Virus record (IMG/VR): IMGVR_UViG_3300037468_000183 | Location: 32,001-96,000 of that record | Length of the DNA: 64,000 bases | Direction: 5' to 3' (one strand) | DNA from: a virus | Shown here: positions 1-9,189 of the stretch, one piece after another | Position numbering within the stretch: position 1 is the first letter of the stretch | How the letters are laid out: each line of letters opens with the position of its first letter | The notes under the pieces: generated by a model | Databases searched by the model: none | Told to the model about the DNA's origin: nothing | Seen by the model: only the letters and a program-made list of their open reading frames with translations | Translations under genes and position numbers: made by a program

Positions 1-1708
1 CGATGGTACGCTCCTGCCGGGTTTCCCGCCCGATGGCGCACATGCCGCGCGCTTCCCAACTGAGCCGGAATTGCAGGGCCGTCTCAGTGATACCATCTGG
101 TCATCGCCCGCGCTGGGCGATTTAGACCGCGACGGTTTTCTGGAAATCGTCATCGGCAGTGACGAGGGCAATCGACCACCGGGCTATAGCTGCCCCTATC
201 GCCTGCCTCCCAATTGGCGGCCCGACTACTGCGGCGGCGCGCTCTACGTGCTGGATCGCTTTGGCCGCTTTTTGCCGGGTTTCCCGAAATATGTTCTCGA
301 TATCATCGCGTCTTCGCCCGCGCTGGTGGATTTGGACGGCGACGACTGGCTGGACATTGTCGTGGGCACGGGGCCTTTTTATTCTGACAACTCCCCCAAC
401 TATCCCGCCAGCGGCTTCCGCGTGTATGTCTGGGATCATCTCGGCAATGATCTTCCGGGCTGGGAGGGCGGTAAGCTCGTCGGCGGCCCTACGCCAGCGT
501 CACCAAGCATTGGCGACCTGGACGGCGATGGCGAGCCCGAAATAGTCATCGCAACCTATGATCCAGAGCGTAAGCTGTACGCCTGGCATGTTGACGGTGC
601 GCTATTGCAGGGCTTCCCGATGGCGCCAACCTTCAATGGCGTAACTTATGCTAGTTTCGACACGCCTGCGAATTTCGTCTTGGCGGATTACAACGGCGAC
701 GGCAGGCAGGAAATCTTTTTCAGCACCGGCTGGCTGGTGACGGTCGTGGATGGTAACGGCAAGCAGCTTACCAGCACGGGTTATGGCAGTCCCCTACCAT
801 CCTACATGTCCAACGGCTCGCTGATCAATAATCCCGCCATTGGTGACCTGCGCCATGATGGGCAGTTGGCATTGATCGCCACTAACAGCCAGGTGACCGT
901 TTGGGATTTACCAGGTGCTGGCCGGGCAGCCGCCTGGCCGCTCTTTCGCAACAACGCACCACGCATGGGGAGTCTTGGCACAATCATACCTCTGCCCATC
1001 GTCGCCCATAGCGCACGTGGTCTCGTGGAACGCTTCTACCTGCATGTTTTACGGCGCGCACCGGACCAAGCGGGCATGGATACCTGGACCAATGCGTTGC
1101 TGGATCGCGCCATGAGCGGCGCTGATTTGGCACGCGCCTTTGTCCTCAGTTCTGAATTTGGCGACAGCAACACCACCAATGCTGATTTCCTAACCATCAT
1201 ATATCGCGCATTCTTCGACCGCGTGCCGGATGCTGGCGGTTACAACGTCTGGCTCAGCGCGCTCAACAACGGACTGCCGCGCGTCGAGATGCTGGACGGC
1301 TTTATCCGTTCGCGCGAATTTGCTGAGCTATGCGACAGCTACGGCATCCGCGCCAACACAACGCACCAGGACAAGCTGCGCAGTTTCGTGACGCGCCTCT
1401 ATCGCGAAGTCTTGGGACGCGCACCGGATGCCGCGGGGTTGGCGCTGTGGGCTATGGGCAACCATACGGGTGGAGAGATGGTGCGCGGTTTCGTGCTCAG
1501 CCAGGAGTTCGGCAAGCGCGCATTCAGCGATGAGCAATTCGTGACCATGCTGTATCGCGCACTCCTCAACCGCGTACCGGATAGCGGAGGCTATGACTAC
1601 TGGCTCGCCAATCTCCGCGGCGGCATGAGTCGCACGCGCGTGCTGGAAAACTTTATCGGTTCGGCGGAATTTACCGAACTATGCAAGAGCTACGGCATCG
1701 CGCCCTAA
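1..1708 (+). CDS. FG-GAP/VCBS-repeat beta-propeller protein with C-terminal DUF4214-like repeats (3' part; 5' part probably at 63672-64000)
   Basis: Frame is open from position 2 (DGTLLPGFPP...). Repeated SSPAxxDLDxDGxxEIV motifs; C-terminal LYxxxLxRxPDxxGxxxW...FxxSxEF repeats. Confidence 0.8.
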   Translation, partial: DGTLLPGFPPDGAHAARFPTEPELQGRLSDTIWSSPALGDLDRDGFLEIVIGSDEGNRPPGYSCPYRLPPNWRPDYCGGALYVLDRFGRFLPGFPKYVLDIIASSPALVDLDGDDWLDIVVGTGPFYSDNSPNYPASGFRVYVWDHLGNDLPGWEGGKLVGGPTPASPSIGDLDGDGEPEIVIATYDPERKLYAWHVDGALLQGFPMAPTFNGVTYASFDTPANFVLADYNGDGRQEIFFSTGWLVTVVDGNGKQLTSTGYGSPLPSYMSNGSLINNPAIGDLRHDGQLALIATNSQVTVWDLPGAGRAAAWPLFRNNAPRMGSLGTIIPLPIVAHSARGLVERFYLHVLRRAPDQAGMDTWTNALLDRAMSGADLARAFVLSSEFGDSNTTNADFLTIIYRAFFDRVPDAGGYNVWLSALNNGLPRVEMLDGFIRSREFAELCDSYGIRANTTHQDKLRSFVTRLYREVLGRAPDAAGLALWAMGNHTGGEMVRGFVLSQEFGKRAFSDEQFVTMLYRALLNRVPDSGGYDYWLANLRGGMSRTRVLENFIGSAEFTELCKSYGIAP

Positions 1709-1778
1709 TGGAAGGAGGGCCTATGCACTGAACCGAACTTGACGACGGGCAGGCTAATATCATGTTAGGGGGCAAATC

Positions 1779-1985
1779 GTGGGTACACTTCTGGAGCAAA
1801 TCGCGGCGATGGTCGCAACGTTGAACGAGGTCAAGACGTTGTGCGAGGGGATTGTCACAGCGTCAGCGGCACAGGAGACGGACTACAACGCGGCGGAGGC
1901 GGCACAACAGCAAGCCGGTGTTTCGTCGGCGGCGGTCGTGCTTCTGGCGCAACAGGTGATCGCGAAGATCGGGGCCGTCACGTAG
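1779..1985 (+). CDS. small Ala/Gln-rich helical protein
   Basis: GTG start after AGGGGG; ends just before a strong hairpin. Confidence 0.6.
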   Translation: MGTLLEQIAAMVATLNEVKTLCEGIVTASAAQETDYNAAEAAQQQAGVSSAAVVLLAQQVIAKIGAVT

Positions 1986-2002
1986 GACGGCATGCTTCAA
2001 GT

Positions 2003-2039
2003 AAGGACAGCTTTGACTGCCGTAGTCAAAGCTGTCCTT
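2003..2039. terminator. bidirectional hairpin between convergent arms
   Basis: 16-bp perfect inverted repeat AAGGACAGCTTTGACT/AGTCAAAGCTGTCCTT at the strand switch. Confidence 0.75.
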
Positions 2040-2052
2040 GCGAGCGACGAGT

Positions 2053-2517
2053 TTACTTGCTTCTGTAGTAGGCTCCGAACCACTCTAGCCAATGTGCAAA
2101 TGCCTGTTGCTGAGCTGTGCTAGGATAGGTACGTTGAGGCAGTTGAAACTTCAGAAACCAGGCAACTGCAAGTGCAATCGTAGCTGTCCATGCGTTGGCG
2201 ATTCCAACGTCTGCCGCCCAATCGCAACAGAAGTCGAAGTCAGTTGCGCAGACGTCGCTGAGGTCGAACGATTTCCGGAGCAATCGCAAGCTGCAGGTTC
2301 CGCCACCAGAGATGCTACCACCTGTGCCAACGGCAATCAGGCACTCCTCTTTTGACTCCCCGTCACCCACCATGACCTTGTATCGCGTTCCGTCACCGGG
2401 TTGTACGACCAACAACTTCGCGTTGCCAGAGAAACAAACTGTTTGCTGTGTCATTAGTTCAGACTCCCGAAGCGGATTGCCAGGCATCAGGATCGAGTAC
2501 GTGACGAAGTAGGCCAT
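2053..2517 (-). CDS. hypothetical protein (lower GC)
   Basis: ATG preceded by AGGAGG on the minus strand. Confidence 0.65.
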   Translation of the reverse strand: MAYFVTYSILMPGNPLRESELMTQQTVCFSGNAKLLVVQPGDGTRYKVMVGDGESKEECLIAVGTGGSISGGGTCSLRLLRKSFDLSDVCATDFDFCCDWAADVGIANAWTATIALAVAWFLKFQLPQRTYPSTAQQQAFAHWLEWFGAYYRSK

Positions 2518-2534
2518 TGTTCCTCCTGGGAAAA

Positions 2535-2550
2535 TGTTTCACGTGAAACA
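2535..2550. promoter_or_regulatory. parS: parS centromere site (chromosomal ParB consensus)
   Basis: Exact TGTTTCACGTGAAACA palindrome, intergenic. Confidence 0.85.
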
Positions 2551-2560
2551 TGCGCGGCGC

Positions 2561-3400
2561 TCAGTCCTCCGTCGCGTCGAGCGGCATCTGCACGGCGCGC
2601 TCCGACTCGTGCGGGAATAGCGGCGCTTGCAGTTGCGCCCGTCCGACACGCTCCCGCGTCAGTGCGATGTACTCAGCGGCAATGTCGATGCCGATAGCCC
2701 GGCGTCCCAACGTAACCGCCATTTTCAGCGTAGTGCCCGATCCGCACATAGGATCAAGCACCACGTCGCCGGGATTGCTCCAGGAGAGGATGTGATCGCG
2801 CGCCAGGGCTTCGGGGAAGATCGCAGGGTGATTTGCTGCGTCAGGATCAGAATAGCCGTTCGTTCCGTGTGATAGGATGTCCCATACGTTATCCTTCACG
2901 CGCATTCCGCCCCCGATTCTGACATTAAGAACTTCTTGGGTGCCTCTTATTTTTGATCCTACGACAAAACCACCATGCCCAGTCGATTTTACTTTTATCA
3001 GATTGGCGGTGGTAGGAGACTCCTTTGACATGATAAACATATACTCAAAAACTGATGCGTAACGGACAGTTTCAGGGAACTGGGGAGCACTCCGGCGATA
3101 GATCATCGTATCGTGAAGGTTGAAGCCCAGGCCCATGAACCCAAGCGCCTGCCGGAAGCTCGTGCCCGTCTCGCTGCCGTTGACCGTCGCATCGGCAACG
3201 ACCCACACGACCACGCCGCCCGGCTTGGTGACGCGCCACAGTTGCGCGGCGATGGCCTCGAAGTCGAAGGTGTAACCGCGGTATTCGCGAAGTCCGTCAT
3301 ACGGAGGAGAAGTCACTGTTAGATCAATCGAGCCGTCTGGAATGTGCGCCGCCATGACAGCAGCGCACTCTCCGGTATACAGCGTCACGTCATTGCTCAT
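2561..3400 (-). CDS. DNA N4-C/N6-A methyltransferase (beta-class motif order)
   Basis: TSPPY motif, then HPAIFP and VLDPMCGSGTT; likely start MSNDVTL at 3400. Confidence 0.9.
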   Translation of the reverse strand: MSNDVTLYTGECAAVMAAHIPDGSIDLTVTSPPYDGLREYRGYTFDFEAIAAQLWRVTKPGGVVVWVVADATVNGSETGTSFRQALGFMGLGFNLHDTMIYRRSAPQFPETVRYASVFEYMFIMSKESPTTANLIKVKSTGHGGFVVGSKIRGTQEVLNVRIGGGMRVKDNVWDILSHGTNGYSDPDAANHPAIFPEALARDHILSWSNPGDVVLDPMCGSGTTLKMAVTLGRRAIGIDIAAEYIALTRERVGRAQLQAPLFPHESERAVQMPLDATED

Positions 3401-3483
3401 AGTTGCTTCCCACCGGCTCGCAGGTCGCCACGTCCACGAGCAGATCATCGCCGCCATTCTCCGGGCGGATGTACAGCCGGTGT

Positions 3484-3549
3484 CCGTCCGCGTGGCCGCA
3501 GATGACGACGGCGGGATGACCTTCGTGCAGGATGCGGTCGCCGGGTAGG
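3484..3549. repeat. 66-bp direct repeat, copy A (copy B at 4287-4352)
   Basis: 62/66 identity by manual alignment. Confidence 0.9.
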
Positions 3550-3564
3550 GGACGTGGCTTGCGC

Positions 3565-4218
3565 TCATGGCAAATATGGCCTCTTGGGAAGCTCTGACCA
3601 ATAGTCGCAGTCGGCAAGCCTTACGGGGCTGAAATCCTCCGGGTAGATCAGCACCATCTGGCGCGCCGGTGAATACACGCCGGGCCATACGACGCCGTTG
3701 TGGACTACGAGAATCGTGCCCGCCTGCTTGGGAGCTTCAACGGTGAGATTCCATTCGACCTTTACGATATTGCCGCTGTCCTGCTGATCCTCGATGCGTT
3801 CAAAAAGCATGATGTTCCCCCCATCTGCCATGATTCCGTCAATGTCGTCGCGAAACTGATGGATGGTTTCGATGAGTCGCTGCGCTGCTGAGCCAATCCA
3901 GCGATCATGCTCAGCGTCGTATACCGTCAAACCACGCTCGGCCAGGGCATCCAACAAGGTCGCCCGCAAGACTATAAATTCTTCGTCGCTCATTTTTAGC
4001 AGTCCTCCTACCTGTATTACATCATTCGGTCGATCACTTGGATTGCTCGGCCAGCACCAGCGGCGCGCTGCGAGAGCGTCCAACTCATCTCTGAGCCGCT
4101 GCCTTTCTACCTGCAAATTGCGGATGCACATGCTCCACAAGTGTGTCACCGGCACTATCTCGCCGGTATCCGAGTTCGTGGTTTCATCTAACATCTCATT
4201 GCAGTATTCACATCTCAT
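3565..4218 (-). CDS. hypothetical phage protein
   Basis: 217-aa ORF in the operon, N-terminal CxxC. Confidence 0.7.
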   Translation of the reverse strand: MRCEYCNEMLDETTNSDTGEIVPVTHLWSMCIRNLQVERQRLRDELDALAARRWCWPSNPSDRPNDVIQVGGLLKMSDEEFIVLRATLLDALAERGLTVYDAEHDRWIGSAAQRLIETIHQFRDDIDGIMADGGNIMLFERIEDQQDSGNIVKVEWNLTVEAPKQAGTILVVHNGVVWPGVYSPARQMVLIYPEDFSPVRLADCDYWSELPKRPYLP

Positions 4219-4275
4219 TGTCGCATTCCTCCAGCAGTTTCAGCAGTTGCCCACGGCGCACCTGTTTGTCGATGC

Positions 4276-4560
4276 TCAGCCGGAGGCCGTCCGCATGGCC
4301 GCAGATGACGACGGCAGGATGGCCTTCGTGCAGGATGCGGTCGCCGGGCAGGCGGAGACGTGTATGGTTGCGTCGTCATGTCTCAGGTTGATGTGCATTT
4401 TCCAACGCTGATTACCGCTTGGGTATGCGACCTTGACATTGGAGCCGTCAACCTCGATTACGGTTCCGGCCTTGTCTGTCCAATCGTTGACGATGGCCGA
4501 CAGGTCAAACACGTCATCACCGACCTTGAAACCATGATCTATTGGGTAGACAAATAACAT
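4276..4560 (-). CDS. small SH3/KOW-like hypothetical protein
   Basis: FKVGDDV...GTVIEVDG pattern; GAGGAG RBS. Confidence 0.55.
   Translation of the reverse strand: MLFVYPIDHGFKVGDDVFDLSAIVNDWTDKAGTVIEVDGSNVKVAYPSGNQRWKMHINLRHDDATIHVSACPATASCTKAILPSSSAAMRTASG
4287..4352. repeat. 66-bp direct repeat, copy B
   Basis: Matches 3484-3549. Confidence 0.9.
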
Positions 4561-5075
4561 GTTGCTCTCCTCGCTTCCTCTATGATGCGCTCGCACTGCG
4601 CGATACGCTCGGTATGATCAAGACTCAGGCATGGCCGATAGTATGCCTTGCGCGCCTTGCGTGGTCGCGGCGCGGGCAATGTTTCACGTGAAACATGCGG
4701 CGCGTCCGTGACACGCTCGCCGGGGGCCAGGATCACGACCGCGGAGATGGGCGCGTTATGGCAGTCGCCGGCGATGTGGATGCCGTGGCAGGAGGGACAA
4801 GGCGTGACATAGGACAATGGCCCAGGATCAGGAAGATCGAACTTGCGCCTTACCATCCTGTGAGTTTCCCAACTCACTTTAGACCATTCTCCGTGCGCCA
4901 GGGCATAGAGAACATTGTGCGATACGCCCTTGTCTTCTGCCAAAGCGCGCCATGATCGCGAATGCTTATAAGCGACCTGGACGGCCATTCGCGTGAGGTC
5001 TAACTCGGACATGACAAAGTCTGTTTCTGGAAAGAAACAAGGACTGGCGGTATCGTGCAGGGCATCCTGTGACAT
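4539..5075 (-). CDS. HTH plus Zn-ribbon putative DNA-binding protein
   Basis: SWRALAEDKGVSHNVLYALAHG helix-turn-helix-like segment; CPSCHGIH; contains the parS-encoded VSRET. Confidence 0.6.
   Translation of the reverse strand: MSQDALHDTASPCFFPETDFVMSELDLTRMAVQVAYKHSRSWRALAEDKGVSHNVLYALAHGEWSKVSWETHRMVRRKFDLPDPGPLSYVTPCPSCHGIHIAGDCHNAPISAVVILAPGERVTDAPHVSRETLPAPRPRKARKAYYRPCLSLDHTERIAQCERIIEEARRATCYLSTQ
4680..4695. promoter_or_regulatory. parS: parS centromere site, second copy (intragenic)
   Basis: Exact TGTTTCACGTGAAACA; shares the 22-bp context AATGTTTCACGTGAAACATGCG with the first copy. Confidence 0.85.
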
Positions 5076-5079
5076 AGTT

Positions 5080-5817
5080 TTACTTTCCGGCGTTCCTGGA
5101 GTGACCGCCTCCGTATACCCAAACATGCCACTCCTTGAGCGGCACAGGAAGGAGCGCAACTTCCTCAAGCGTCATGATGGGAATAGCATTGGTGGCGTAC
5201 TTCCACTTATCCCATATCTCGATCTCCGCGTTATGCCGTAAGGTTTCGGCGTAGTTTGTCGCCCTGGTCGCAGCGGCCTTGTCGGCGCGTGACTGTGCTT
5301 CCTCTGGGGCGAGAGTCTTCGGTTTGTCAATCAAGTTGCGTCCGTTGCGCAGCAAGTCCTGGCGCGAATTGTAGCCGGCGTCCTCGACTATGTTGTGGCA
5401 CTTGCGGCAAAGCAGAGCGAGATTGTCCTCGTGATCCAAGCCACCATCGGCGCGCTTGATGACGTGATGCGGAGTCAGCATGTATTCGGTTCCGCATATC
5501 TCGCACTTTCCTTCGGCACGTCGGCGCACCTTTGCCTCAACACCACCGGGTAACAGCATTGTGGTTTTCATGTGCCTCTTCTCCTGTTCTGTTTTTGGCG
5601 GCATCATCTGACCGGCTATGAATTGCGTCATCTCGTTGACGGTTGCTGTTCGCTTGCGTTTCTCGTTGCGCAATGCGGCGATACTGCAAAGCAAGTTACC
5701 TGCTAGACTATCGAAGGATGCTAAATCGTGATCGTCAAAATCGTCAGGGGTTGCATGGCGCAACTTGTCAGCAGCGGAACGGAGTGCGGAAAACACGCAT
5801 GATGAGTTATCTTCCAC
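5080..5817 (-). CDS. HNH endonuclease-domain protein
   Basis: CEICG...HHVI.RADGG.D..DNL..LCRKCH; probable GTG start at 5817 after GAGGGA. Confidence 0.8.
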   Translation of the reverse strand: MEDNSSCVFSALRSAADKLRHATPDDFDDHDLASFDSLAGNLLCSIAALRNEKRKRTATVNEMTQFIAGQMMPPKTEQEKRHMKTTMLLPGGVEAKVRRRAEGKCEICGTEYMLTPHHVIKRADGGLDHEDNLALLCRKCHNIVEDAGYNSRQDLLRNGRNLIDKPKTLAPEEAQSRADKAAATRATNYAETLRHNAEIEIWDKWKYATNAIPIMTLEEVALLPVPLKEWHVWVYGGGHSRNAGK

Positions 5818-5947
5818 TTTGTCCCTCGGATAAACAAACGGGCCGCTCGGAGCGTTTCTTGTCGAGGGAAACGTGAGCGGCCCGCGGGAGTCCATCTCTG
5901 GACTATCCACCTATGTGATGCTCCCTACCGTTTCCCTCGACAGATAC

Positions 5948-5976
5948 ATTCTACCCTACATCTCCCGGAATGTCAA
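5948..5976 (-). promoter_or_regulatory. sigma70-type promoter
   Basis: TTGACA-17-TAGAAT on the minus strand. Confidence 0.75.
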
Positions 5977-6156
5977 CCGGGCCGCGCGGCGCAACGCTCG
6001 CGGTCGCGCTCAATGCTGCCTGCCAAACACAAGCGGCAGGTACAGCCGCATGACGGGTACCGCGTGCGTCGTGATTGGCGCGGCACCCATCACTCGATCC
6101 GGCACTGTATCCGGGCCGGTGTCCCATCGCACGTGCTCGCCCTCCTGGACGCCCTG

Positions 6157-6459
6157 TCACACGATTGACACGAGGTGCGCGCCCGATATGGCGATGGTGA
6201 TATCGAGCGTGTCACTTCCCTGCCACGTTATGTCATCGCCAACCACATTGACGACCATGCCGGGCCGCGTCCAGATGCGCACCGTGTCGCCGGACGTGCC
6301 CCTGAGCGTGTACATGAATGCCGTGCTCTGACCATCGGGCAGCACGTATGGGCCGCAGAAATATACCAGAGTGGCGCCTGAGCTTGGGCCCGCGTGGGCC
6401 GGCACGGATAGCGCCAACAGCATGACGATGCCAATGACAAGACCAAACTTCTGTTTCAT
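6157..6459 (-). CDS. small secreted protein
   Basis: Signal peptide MKQKFGLVIGIVMLLALSVPAHA; AGGAGG RBS. Confidence 0.7.
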   Translation of the reverse strand: MKQKFGLVIGIVMLLALSVPAHAGPSSGATLVYFCGPYVLPDGQSTAFMYTLRGTSGDTVRIWTRPGMVVNVVGDDITWQGSDTLDITIAISGAHLVSIV

Positions 6460-6460
6460 G

Positions 6461-6772
6461 TTATTCCTCCTTGAAGTCAACTTCACACGGCGCGCCGCGC
6501 GCAAAGGCACATGCCTCATCGAGCGAGTCGAAGCGACACAACGCGTAAAACGCGGCATCCCGACTCGACGGCATAGGCTCATGTATCCAGTGCCTATTCC
6601 GGCCGAGCACGTAATGATCGCCGCTGCGAATGGCCCAACGGTCGGGCGCGCCGTCGCCGTAAATGCAACGGTCGACTCGAATGCCGAGAATGTCGTGGAT
6701 GGCTTTGCCGTCGTTGTCGGGTCTGACGATCCACACCGAACAAATATCATAGCCGCCTATCCTGTCATCCAT
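6461..6772 (-). CDS. hypothetical phage protein
   Basis: Operon-packed ORF MDDRIGGYDIC... Confidence 0.6.
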   Translation of the reverse strand: MDDRIGGYDICSVWIVRPDNDGKAIHDILGIRVDRCIYGDGAPDRWAIRSGDHYVLGRNRHWIHEPMPSSRDAAFYALCRFDSLDEACAFARGAPCEVDFKEE

Positions 6773-6780
6773 ATCGCTCC

Positions 6781-7188
6781 TCATTCCTCGTTGCGCCTGC
6801 CGCGCATCACGTCCGCCGCGGCTTTCTTGACGCCCTCGGCCATCACGTCGAAAGCGTATTCGTCGGCCCACGTCAGCGCCTCGGCACTGTTCGCGAGCGT
6901 GACGGCCACGTCCGGCAATTCGGCCCTGAGACCAGCGTATGACCGGATGCGTCCGTAGCTCTGCCAGCGCGCCAGATCATCGAATTCGGCGCGGGCCGCG
7001 TCGTGCAGATTGGCGATCAGTTCGTCGGTTTGGCCGCTGAAGCCCTCGACATGGCGCGCCGCCTCGCAGGCTTCCTCAAGCAGCTTGCAGACTTGGCGCG
7101 CTGTCAGTTTCTCAGCAGTCAGTCCCTCTGTATAGCCGCGCGCGACCAGCGATTCAAAGATAGCTTCCTGTGCCTCATGCGTTTGCAT
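6781..7188 (-). CDS. MazG-like nucleotide pyrophosphohydrolase
   Basis: KLLEEACEAA...AELPDV matches the EExxE...ExxD all-alpha NTP-PPase pattern. Confidence 0.65.
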   Translation of the reverse strand: MQTHEAQEAIFESLVARGYTEGLTAEKLTARQVCKLLEEACEAARHVEGFSGQTDELIANLHDAARAEFDDLARWQSYGRIRSYAGLRAELPDVAVTLANSAEALTWADEYAFDVMAEGVKKAAADVMRGRRNEE

Positions 7189-7984
7189 CGCGCTTGTCCT
7201 CCTTGTCCTTGATCCAATACTCCCAAACGTCTCCGCGCTTCCTGCGGGCCAGCTTGCCTTTCTTCTCCATCCTCGTCAGACAGTTGGACGCCAGCGAGCC
7301 GGGAAGATCGAGCACGGCGTTGACTTCGCGGAACGTCATGGGTGTCTTTGCCGCGGTCAGCAACGACAACACCTTTTCAATGTGCTTCTGCTTGCGGCCG
7401 ACCGGGTTGGCCGGCACAGGCGAAGGCACGGCGTTACCCGTTGCCAGCCAGGTAGTGCGCGCCTTGCAGCGTTCGGGGCGGGCGATGCCAATGGCGACGA
7501 TGCGACCCTGATTGCGCAGCAGGCGCCACGCGCCCAGCAGCAACGACTTCTCGCTGTCCACGCCAACGCAACACTCGAAGAACATCGCTGGACGATCCAG
7601 GAGGAGCAGGTTTGCCAACAGCACATCAGCAATCGCTGCAATCTCCACGCGCCTTTGCTCGGCCACGGCTTGCGCGTCTGCCTCGTCAACCGCTGCACGG
7701 CAGACAACCGCCTCCCGCGCGATGTTGGCGCGCTGGCATTCTGCGTAGTACGGACAGGCAGGCCGTTTGGTCTTTGGGTCGTCACACTGGCCCATGCCGA
7801 CGATGCCCGCCTTTGGGTCTGCATGTGACGGCAACGCTTCCCGCCTCACAGCGTCAATCTCGGCCAGGGACAACACCCAGGCATTCGCGAATCCGGGCGC
7901 GCCGCTTGGGATGCGACGCACCGCTGACAGGCCCAAACCGGCGTTGGGCAAAGTGTCAGAGACGAAGGTTCTGCGAGATAGCAT
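7175..7984 (-). CDS. Cys-containing protein with C-terminal winged HTH
   Basis: PMTFREVNAVLDL...LTRMEKKGKL...R....EYW. Confidence 0.6.
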   Translation of the reverse strand: MLSRRTFVSDTLPNAGLGLSAVRRIPSGAPGFANAWVLSLAEIDAVRREALPSHADPKAGIVGMGQCDDPKTKRPACPYYAECQRANIAREAVVCRAAVDEADAQAVAEQRRVEIAAIADVLLANLLLLDRPAMFFECCVGVDSEKSLLLGAWRLLRNQGRIVAIGIARPERCKARTTWLATGNAVPSPVPANPVGRKQKHIEKVLSLLTAAKTPMTFREVNAVLDLPGSLASNCLTRMEKKGKLARRKRGDVWEYWIKDKEDKRDANA

Positions 7985-8089
7985 AGTACTCCTTTCTGTG
8001 GTGAGTCGTCAGGCCGTCCGGCGACAAGAGCGTCTGTCTGCGCTACTGCAAACGCGGACAGACGCTTGCGGGGCGGCTTGGCGTGGTGG

Positions 8090-8296
8090 TTATGCGTGCT
8101 TCTGACGCAGCCACCACGTAAAATCAGCATACGTGAGCGGCTTGGGACATATTTCCGAGTCGTTCGGCCTGGCCTGATTATCTCCAGGCCACATCTCTCG
8201 GCGTACACCATATCCAAGCAGGCAACGCACGCCGATACTGTTTGTATATTCCAGCGCGCGGCAGTTTTTGCACGTCTGTTTCTTGCGTGCGGTCAT
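8090..8296 (-). CDS. small Cys-rich phage protein
   Basis: TCKNCRAL...CLLGY...ICPKP. Confidence 0.55.
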   Translation of the reverse strand: MTARKKQTCKNCRALEYTNSIGVRCLLGYGVRREMWPGDNQARPNDSEICPKPLTYADFTWWLRQKHA

Positions 8297-8327
8297 GCGT
8301 CCTCCGCATTGCACCTGATAAGTGTGG

Positions 8328-8585
8328 CTATACGTGCCTCAGCCAATCGGCTTCTGCGCTCAGATATTCCGCATGGCGTTGCGCAACAATGTCACACTCG
8401 GCGTGATACGCGCCTTCCAGTGCTCGGATGGTCGCATATAACTCGGCGTCAAACGGCTTGCTGCTGTCGGCAAATGAGTCGAGCACCGCATAGAGCGTGG
8501 CGCGCGCTTCGAGCATCTTGCCCACGGCAGCATACTCCGCGTGTTGTGCGTCGAGTCGCACCAGGTCTCTGTCGCGTGTTATCAT
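8328..8585 (-). CDS. hypothetical protein
   Basis: GGAGGA RBS; overlapping start/stop with neighbour. Confidence 0.6.
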   Translation of the reverse strand: MITRDRDLVRLDAQHAEYAAVGKMLEARATLYAVLDSFADSSKPFDAELYATIRALEGAYHAECDIVAQRHAEYLSAEADWLRHV

Positions 8586-8902
8586 ACGTCCTCCTCCGGG
8601 TCGGGCGCGTCGTCGGCGTCGAGCGTCGGGCAGGTCTCGCGCAGCACGGCGTAGCTGTCCGTCTGCACGTAGGGCGGATTGCTGACAATCGCCAGGATGC
8701 TGTCCGGCGTGTGGTAGATGTCTGACGGCGGCGGCTTGCCACCGGGATAGCGCGCTTCGGCGGCCGCTTCGACAACCTTGAGATCATCTGACGGCATCTG
8801 GTTGCCCTTCGAAATATAGAGCCACCACAGCGCCCCTTCGACAAAGGCGCGCCGCAGATCGTCGGCTGGCAGCCGTCCCTCGATGTGATCGACCCAACTC
8901 AT
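8582..8902 (-). CDS. hypothetical protein
   Basis: ATGA coupling; AFVEGALWW motif typical of small phage ORFs. Confidence 0.6.
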   Translation of the reverse strand: MSWVDHIEGRLPADDLRRAFVEGALWWLYISKGNQMPSDDLKVVEAAAEARYPGGKPPPSDIYHTPDSILAIVSNPPYVQTDSYAVLRETCPTLDADDAPDPEEDV

Positions 8903-9189
8903 GCGTCCTCCCTCGCTGCGTTCTCCGCAGCATTCGGCGCGAGCGCCGTCCGAATCACGTCACGCGCTTGCATCACGTTGACCGGCAGATATACGTGGTA
9001 TTGGCTGCTCTGCTCCAGCAATCGCTGCACGTGCTCTAGCGCCGTGCGCAGGCGCGCGTTCTCGGCTTGCGCCTCATTTCGGACCAGTCGATACTGCTTC
9101 GTCAGGACAAGCACGTATTGCAGGCGCTCGCCGGTCGATTGCAGATAGTCGCGCAGGCGGTCGTTCTCGGCTTGCAGATCGTCTGTCAT
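8899..9189 (-). CDS. coiled-coil phage protein
   Basis: LQAENDRLR and AENARLR repeats. Confidence 0.6.
   Translation of the reverse strand: MTDDLQAENDRLRDYLQSTGERLQYVLVLTKQYRLVRNEAQAENARLRTALEHVQRLLEQSSQYHVYLPVNVMQARDVIRTALAPNAAENAAREDA

Noticed and set aside
3484-4352. Diversity-generating retroelement TR/VR pair
   Set aside because: No reverse transcriptase seen; mismatches are synonymous and not confined to adenines of one copy.
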